In this document: positions 56,601 to 64,000 of the stretch, one piece after another | Position numbering within the stretch: position 1 is the stretch's first letter | Layout of the letters: every line of letters starts with the position of its first letter | Origin: Moniliella sp. 'wahieum' | Lineage: Eukaryota | DNA: 64,000 nt | Reading direction: 5' to 3' | Assembly: GCA_003971905.1 (NCBI GenBank) | Contig: RSEE01000061.1 | Span: 62,001 to 126,000 of the forward strand | The notes under the pieces: generated by a model | The model's input: the letters and a program-made list of their open reading frames with translations, nothing else | The model's database searches: none | Told to the model about the DNA's origin: nothing | Translations under genes and position numbers: made by a program

Positions 56601-57456
56601 AACACCTCACCTTTTGACATCAGCGTAATCTCCCTTTTGGCGTCAGTGCCCCTTTTTCATTGATTCATCACCTCTGCTTCGGTCTTCTCCTGTCCATCAA
56701 CGCGTTTGCGGCTCATCCCATCGAGGCAGCCCCGCGTGGACGCCTGGCTGCGTCTCAGACATGGATTTTGGAATTTCTATATCCTTCACCTATCCAAGAA
56801 GGTTGAGACGCAGTGTTGAAGTGAGCACTGAGGGACCGAAGGGGATGGAGCTAGCCTAACGCGAGCCCGAAGGGAGGACAGCGGGAGGCAGGAATTGAAC
56901 GTGCAGTGAGTGCAAGGCAGGTGGGGATAGCACTGCAGCAGCTTTCTCCGCGCTCGGGACAAAGGCGACATCTGCACGTCTGAACAGGAAACGGGGCGGT
57001 GTCCCGTCTCAGCCTCTCCAATTCGAGAGCTCTTCTGTGTCCAACTATTAATAGCGCGAGCGCCATCCCCCGAACACGCAAAGAGTGGACAAGGGTGACG
57101 TCGACCGGCTACAGATGAAGCGACTGTCTGTGTCCTGCGTATATGAGGCTTCGACATGAAATCCATCCATGCGACTGCCAGAGAAGGAGGCTATACCGGT
57201 GATACTTGCGCAAGGAGACCACTGTACCAAGGTTACCGGTTACAGGTTACACCGAAGCTGCATGATGATGTGATGATGTGATGATACTGGCCTGGCGGTC
57301 CGCTAGGGTTGTGTGGCGTGGCCTCCGCCTCCGTGCGTGCTGCAGCGGCAGCGGCCCAGGCCGTTCACCAACCAACGCCCGCGCTCGTGCCGCTTCACCT
57401 CGCCTCCACTTCTGCCCCCCGTCGCGCCGATCCAGCTGCCCCGGCCAGTGCTTGCT

Positions 57457-58818
57457 ATGAATGCCATCCAGGTGCGTGTCTGGTCTCGCCGCGCTGATTG
57501 GTCCTGACCCTGCCCTGCCCTCCACGCTTTCAGACCCACTTTTGGGCCGTGCGCGACTACCTGAGCCCCGTGCTGCGCGAGAGCAAGTTCAAGGAGCATG
57601 GCCGCATCACTCCGGGTACGTCTTCCTCCTCCTCGGCCAGTCATTTTCTCCTTGTCGTCTAACCCAGCACAGAGGAATTTGTTGCTGCCGGCGACTTTCT
57701 CACGTACAAGTTTCCTACCTGGTCCTGGGCCTCGGGAGACCAGTCCAAGCGCCGCGACTTCTCCCGGACGATAAGCAGTATCTCATCTCCCGAGGCGTGC
57801 CATGTCTACGCCGGGTGAGTCAGATGGAGTCTGCGGCGGTGGGAAAACGGCGTTTTGGGAGGGGAAAGAAGGGAGCTGGGGCTAGCGACGACCCTGAGAG
57901 CTACTTTGTCGAAGGTGGCGAATTGGGGGACAAAGACGACGGGTGGCTTGGTACTGATGCCGATCGTGAGGCTGGGGGTGATGGTGGCGAGATTATGGAC
58001 ATCCCCGATGCGTTTGATGACGACACTGCCCCGGAGCATAAGCTCACTTCCGCCGAGGAGGATGAGTTGGCTCGCCGTGTCGCTGGCTTAGGTGGCGAGC
58101 ACAGTGCCGATGCCTTGGCCGGCGAGGAGGTGGGGGACATCCCTGATATCCCTGACATTCCTGATATGGACGAGGATTTGGGTGCATTTGGAGCGGGACT
58201 AGAGGAGGAGGAGGACGCGACTGCCGTCGCTGCTGCCCCGAGCTCCGAGGCGTTGGAACCTGCCAAGAACTCCAATCTGTTGAGCGTGCGAACGTACGAT
58301 TGCCTCATTACGTATGACAAGTACTACCAAACTCCTCGGATGTGGCTGGTGGGATACGATGAGCATGGTTCCCTCCTCAAGCCAACCCAGATCTTTGAGG
58401 ATGTGAGTAGCGACTATGCTCAGAAGACGGTGACGATCGAACCCTTCCCTCACAGTGAACGGATGAGCACAGCTAGCATCCACCCCTGCAAGCATGCATC
58501 GGTGATGAAAAAAGTTCTGGAGCGGATGAACGCCAGTCTGGTCGAGTCTCAGCGGCAAGAGGCGGCTGCGTCGGGACAAGCACCCGTTCCGGCCACATCA
58601 CAGCCAGGGAAGAAACGCACCTGGGGGCTGAACGCTGTGAAGAAGGTCGCTGGGAAGGGCGACTCGTCCGAATCCAAGACGGACACGCCATTATCCACCT
58701 CCCCGGGGGTGAGATAGAGGCGGAAGGCCTACGGGTGGATCAGTATCTCATCGTCTTTCTCAAGTTCATGGCCAGCATCGTGCCGGCGATTGAGATTGAT
58801 GCGACACAGGCCATGTAA
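57457..58818 (+). CDS. ATG3: Autophagy E2-like conjugating enzyme Atg3, two 5' introns
   Basis: [53 protein letters not shown] (catalytic Cys) and [14 protein letters not shown]. Confidence 0.96.
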
Positions 58819-59703
58819 GCAGCATCAAAGCCGACCTGCCCCTGTATCCCGACGCTCTACATACCAATATCTGCCCTGGACGCTGTCATGGCTTGAATCC
58901 GATTGTCATCGTACTCTTCATTGAACCTGTCGCATCCTCTGGTGGCTAACTGTCTGCCGAGGCTGTGTGTGGTACCCTACTATCTGTGATGTAGAAGGAG
59001 GCTGCATTGAGTGAGAGCGTTGTTTATGTTGGAACGTTCGGGACGAGCTATCTCCCTCCCGGATGAATCAGGTGGAATGGAAGGCGCTGCCTTGATGTCG
59101 CTTTTAGCTGCTTTGCGTGAAACTACAGGCGACCCCCAAAGTGTGCATACAGCACGTCAAACGTGACCGACTGGGCGTGTGACGCCCTCGCTAACCAAGA
59201 GCCCACACCACTCGCTCCAACCGGACAGCCGCCTTCGCCCAATTGTATGGGCGGGGACATAACTTTCTTCGGCTGAGGGGCTAAGGTCGGTAACGAGGCG
59301 TCTAGGAGGTGCATGAGCTGCTACGAAAGACGAGGAGTGGCAAGAAGCATGCATATTAATGTCACCTATGGTGATCGCGTGAATAGTGAGAAGTCACAGA
59401 CGTAGGGTAGGGGAAAAGGGGGAGGGAGGCATATACTCTACACGCGCAACTTGGCCAGAGCGAAGACCAAGGCGCGCTAAAATGGTGGAAGGTGGAAGGT
59501 CACGAGGACATTAGCGAGCGAAAGCGAAGGGTGATAGATGTGGCAAGAAGATGCGGAGTGCGTGGTAAAGGAATGCTGGCCGGTGGAAAAAAAGGAAGTT
59601 GGATGGGATGCAGGGATGGCGGAAGGGCGGGACAGAAGTAAGATCAGGTAGCATAGCACAAGTCATCGAAAGAATGGGGCCGGCGGTGATGTGGCACAAG
59701 CGG

Positions 59704-61352
59704 TCACAACCCCTGGGCTGTGTCCACGACAATCTGTGGGCCCATAGACGGGGTGATTAAGGGTGCAGTAGGTTTGGATGGTTTGGACACCGAGGGAGGA
59801 GACAATTCCATGCTGGTGTCCACACTGGTGTCCATACTGGTGTCCATGCTGGTGTCTGCCGACATGTCCCCATCCCCTGTTTCATAGCCCGGCAGAGGCG
59901 AGAGCATAGTCAAGGGGGTACGCGGTCCCCGGTCGTCCTCGTCGGCTGTCATAGCCGTTGCTGGGGTAAGGCACAGGCTCGGCGTAGGAGGCATGGAAGG
60001 GGCAGTGATAGAAACACGACCACGGGTCGGTGGCGTGGCCAGTACACTCTCCCCCTCGGTGGACTAGGGTTTAGCATCTGGCACGAGGCTGGGCTGGGCG
60101 GGAACATGATGCGAATGCGCTCCTGTGCCATAAGGAATGAACGACGGTGCTTGGACCGAAGCATGGTGGACACATTCCCAGCAAGCAGGACTGACATGAG
60201 CTTCTGGATGGTTTCGTACGTGCCTTTGCTCATCCCTTGAAATTGCTCACTCACAACCAGATCTCGTGCACTACCGTGGCCAAGCATCAGCCGAGCAACA
60301 TACATGGCTCCCTGGACAACTTGGCTCGGAGCAATCGGAACCATGGTACGGTGGTAAAGGGCGACCTCGAGGAGCATGCGAGTCATAGCTCCCATCCCCG
60401 CCCGGGCAGCATCAGTGGGCAAATCGAGCTCGTGAAGGTAGAGCCGGAGCCGTCTCATGAGAGGGACGCCCCAAGTCGTAGTTCAGCGTAGCAAGGATGT
60501 GCGCTTCCATTTGATGGAATGCCGATTCGTCCAACGCGTTGCAGCACATGGTCACCAGCTCCGACGCCGTTGGTACCGAGTCCTTCGCATCCTCGTACTT
60601 GGCTGCTATCCACATGGCAGTCGTACCAGCGAGCTGGTAGTGCTTCTTGAGCACCACTCGCTTACTCAAGTACCGATCCAGAATCCCCACTCCCACATAC
60701 AGCGTCTCTGGAAGGAAATGAAACACCGCGTGCATCTCGATCATAAAGTCAAGCACAAAGGGCCGCATGGACCATGTCACCTCAGGTTGCGTGTCAATCA
60801 AGCTGAGCGAGGGACGCGTCGCCTCCTAAAAGCCAATTGGGTCAGTCGGCATCCAACGGGCATGGCAGGGTTGCCATTGCCAGGTCAAGTACGCACCTCA
60901 ACTTGGTGCATGTGAGCCACAATCTCCTCGCGGTACTCTGAGTCAAAGATGTCATTGCGGGAGGAGCGCGATTGGGCGATGCGCTCATGCCTCCCAGAGC
61001 GAGGAGAGCGGCGTAAAGACGAGGCGCGTGGAGAGAGCCGTGGAACATCTGATTGTGGGAGCTGGACACGGGGAAGGGCGCAGGCAGGCGGTGCGGCCGG
61101 GTTGGATGGCGCATGGGTGGCCGAGAGAGTAGATGCGGCGGGCACGGCAGGCTCTGGGCCGGCAGGGGGCGGGTTGAAGACCGAGTGCTGGACGGACACG
61201 CGGCGCTGGCTGGCAGACAAGCCAGAGTGGCGCTTGGTCGCTGACATCAGGCTGACGCGCCGACTGGAGACGGGGACGCCAGGGGCGGGCTGGATGCGCC
61301 CCAGATGCGCGTCGATGCTGGAGGACATAGAGGGGGATGCGGGGCAAGGCAT
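59704..61352 (-). CDS. G1/S cyclin (Cln1/Puc1-like) with a PEST-like tail; intron ~60805-60895
   Basis: EYREEIVAHM, QPEVTWSMRPFVLDF, PETLY...DRYLSKRVV.KKHYQL, WIAAKYEDAK and ESAFHQMEAHIL cyclin-box motifs. Confidence 0.88.
59809..59856 (-). repeat. 4 x 12-bp coding tandem repeat encoding DTSM-DTSM-DTSV-DTSM
   Basis: catgctggtgtc cacactggtgtc catactggtgtc catgctggtgtc on the + strand. Confidence 0.9.
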
Positions 61353-61648
61353 TCGGACGATGGCGGGCCAGACAAAAGAGTGTAGGACGTAGTGGGGGTG
61401 GCAAGGGGGAGGGAGAAAACAATGACGATGGAGTTGGGGGTGCAATGATGCCAGTGCTGGTGCTGGTGCCGATGCTGGCGTTGGGGTTGCGCGTGGAGGT
61501 GGATGGGGGGAGAGGGGAGAGGGGAGGCGGTGAGGATGGAGATGGAAACTTGCAGGTGGGAGCTATAAAGGCAGAGGCGAGGGAGATGAATGGAGCGCAG
61601 CCAGCACTGCCCCCTTGCGTCTGGTTTGGAGTGGGGCCAGGGTGCTGT

Positions 61649-61674
61649 GCTAAGGCTTAGCGCTAAGCCTTAGC
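61649..61674. promoter_or_regulatory. Perfect 26-bp palindrome upstream of the cyclin gene
   Basis: GCTAAGGCTTAGCGCTAAGCCTTAGC is identical to its reverse complement. The regulatory role is inferred from its position only. Confidence 0.5.
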
Positions 61675-62169
61675 GCTTAATGCTTCCAGTGCGCACGACC
61701 ATCCAGCCAGTCTGGCGCCGTGGCAGGCCGTGCCGCGCCCACGACGCTGGTCACCCGTGTGTCACCGGACGGACCCATGCCGCACGCGGGCAGTCACACC
61801 GCCTGTGGCGCCGATCGTGCAGGCCAGGCACGGGGCTAGTCACTCACGCCCCCCCCCACCGCAAGGATCACCACACAGGCGCGGTGCCATCTGTGGGCCC
61901 ACATGCCACGCCCACCGGGTGGTGTCTCAGGCGGCAGGAGGGCAGTGCTGCGTGGGGCAGAGCAGAGCCGGAGCGGCCAGGCGAGCCCAGGCCGTGCAGG
62001 CTCCTCGCCTGGCCGCCAACGTGGAACGCCGACGCGCAGAGCCTTAGCGCTGCGCGCCTGAGCCGCAAGCGCAGACATGTGACCGCCAGCTAGTCATTGC
62101 TCGCTTGACTCGTGGGCTGGCCTCCCGGCCTGGGCAAGGCGCCGAGGGCTTCAGCTGTAGCTGGAAAAG

Positions 62170-62445
62170 CTGATCCATCCACTTCAATCCCATCCAACTG
62201 CCCATCCATTCCAGCCAACCATTCCACGGCCACTCCTCCATTCCAATCCAACCCACCATTCCATCCAATTCATCTCAACTCATCCAATTCATCTCAACCC
62301 GTCCCATCCCATCCATCCCATCCCATCCATCCCATCCCATCCATCCCATCCCATCCCATCCATCCCATCCCATCCATCCCATCCCATCCATCCCATCCCA
62401 TCCATCCCATCCCATCCATCCCATCCCATTCCTTCCATCCAATCC
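62170..62445 (+). repeat. (CCCAT/CCAT)n simple repeat
   Basis: Long mixed CCCAT/CCAT tract with a purest core at about 62302-62430. Confidence 0.92.
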
Positions 62446-62838
62446 ACCAACACAGCTATCTTCTCTGGCAGGCATTTCCAATTCTATTCTCACATAGCAC
62501 AGCCCACAAAAACAAAAGGAACTCGTAACAGCGTCGTCCATTAAGATCATCAACAGATCATCCCATCGTTCCATGCGCAAGATACACAGTGCACATGAAG
62601 TTAGGTGCAGGCACAGCGAGCAAACCCGCCCGCTCTGTGCGTATAAAGTCGGAGATGAAGTACAGTCCACAGCTCTACAATGGGCGAATAAGGACGACCA
62701 TCGCATCGGTAGAAAATAGACAGGGTGGGAAAGGTGCGGTGTGGGTAAAGGTATCGGACCCATTCTCTGCTTCGCATGAGCATGAGCCAAGTCCACAGCT
62801 AAATGTAGTTGAGTTGCGGGGACTGTGCGTTGCCTCCG

Positions 62839-64000
62839 TTACACCGAGTTGTCGGCGCAGGAAAAGGCATGGCCCACATCCCCAGTATCGTAGCTAACAA
62901 TGATAGACTTGATCGTAGCGTACGTCCCTGACACGGCAATGAACACGCCGAGCACCAGGAGGAAGAGCGCGACGACCAATTGGATCTGGTCAATGAGAGA
63001 ACCCTGTGTGCCGCGGCGCCACGCCTGGCTGACCCAGTTCGACCTGCCAGAAGCCTTGATGGATGGGTCCTTCTCCTCCGAGGCATCACTCGCCCCCGTC
63101 GGGTCATCCGAAAGGTCGTAAAGCATCAGCAGCGAGGTCAAAACGACCACAAGCAGTCCGCCCGTCAGAGCGCCCACCAGCGACACGATTTGACCGAAAA
63201 TAGGAATGGCCATGGCGAGGATGAAGCCGAGAACGAGGACGGTGAAGAAGCACAACGTCCAGACCACTTGATGCGTCTTGGTCCGGTGAGCCACGTGCCG
63301 CGACCCACGCAGAAGACGGACAAACATGTACTTGGCGCCCAAGTGGGTGAGCAAAAGACACGAGACAAAGAGGCCGAACAGAGAGATGGCATAGCAGATG
63401 ATACGGAACGTGTGCCCGGCCGTGTTGAACGCTGGGCTGGCAAGTACTTACCAGCGCGGGCGTACATGCAGCAACCAATGATAAGGTAGTTGGCAATGAG
63501 GAAGGTGTTGCCGATCAACGTGCTGCGGACAAACTGTTCTGGGCGCTTCATCTCGGCCGAGATGGAAAAGAACATTGGGGAGCCAGTGCAGGCAAATAGC
63601 TGGCTGCACACCGCATTCATCGCCTGCCAGAAGGGAACGGAAGTGGTGGCCGACACTCCAAGCGAGGCGCCTGCGGGACGGTCGGGGGGGTGTCCCTTGA
63701 CCAGCACTGCAATCGTCAAAACCCAGTTTGCGAAGAAAATGCAGCCCAGGCCGATCCATGAAATGAATGCGACGCGCTCCATATCGGGCATGGCAGAACC
63801 AGCAATCAAGACGATGGCACACGCAATCCCAGCCCAGGCGACCGTGCAGATAGCGTGGGAAGACACGGCATTAAGAGCAATCGTGACCGTCGAAATGGAA
63901 GCGCCAGCGACAAGGATCATGAGGATAATGTAGATCGCCCCGAAAGCCTCTCCCATTGCCGGGCCACCGAGAATGGCGCCAAAGTCGGCAATGCTGTGGA
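62839..64000 (-). CDS. AAAP-family amino-acid permease (Mtr-like), 5' end outside the window
   Basis: ALNAVSSHAICTV, FACTGSPMFFSISAEMKRP, HLGAKYMFVRLLR, AMAIPIFGQIVSLVGAL, GTYATI and FSCADNS. Confidence 0.9.

Noticed and set aside
57260..57290. C/D-box snoRNA suggested by repeated TGATGA
   Set aside because: It looks like a short (TGATGATG)n repeat, and no matching box D or terminal stem was identified.

Overview
Eukaryotic, GC-rich, gene-dense fungal genomic DNA, most likely a basidiomycete of the Ustilaginomycotina. This placement is inferred from Ubc2-type and Rrm4-type proteins, short GT-AG introns and a single-chain urease. About 25 protein-coding genes are recognisable: RPS13/RPS6 (divergent), PP2A B55, thioredoxin reductase, urease/GPN3 (divergent), alpha-arrestin, sirtuin, a class-III PLP enzyme fused to an APH-family kinase, KRR1/ATP5 (divergent), a degenerate Rrm4-like protein, MED14, an HSP20-like protein, eIF3a, an M28 peptidase, an expansin-like DPBB protein, an MFS transporter, Ubc2/Ste50, ATG3, a G1 cyclin and an AAAP amino-acid permease. 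Almost every gene, including essential ones, is broken by single-base indels. This looks like an unpolished long-read assembly rather than pseudogenes, so gene coordinates are approximate spans. The top finding is an apparently intronless, bacterial-looking phospho-lyase + amino-alcohol (hydroxylysine-type) kinase fusion with a putative mitochondrial presequence (19441-21916). Other findings are an Rrm4-like protein that keeps three MLLE-like modules but has eroded RRMs, a candidate Cys-rich microprotein, and several recurring intergenic motifs and palindromes. No rRNA, tRNA, CRISPR array or intact transposon was recognised.
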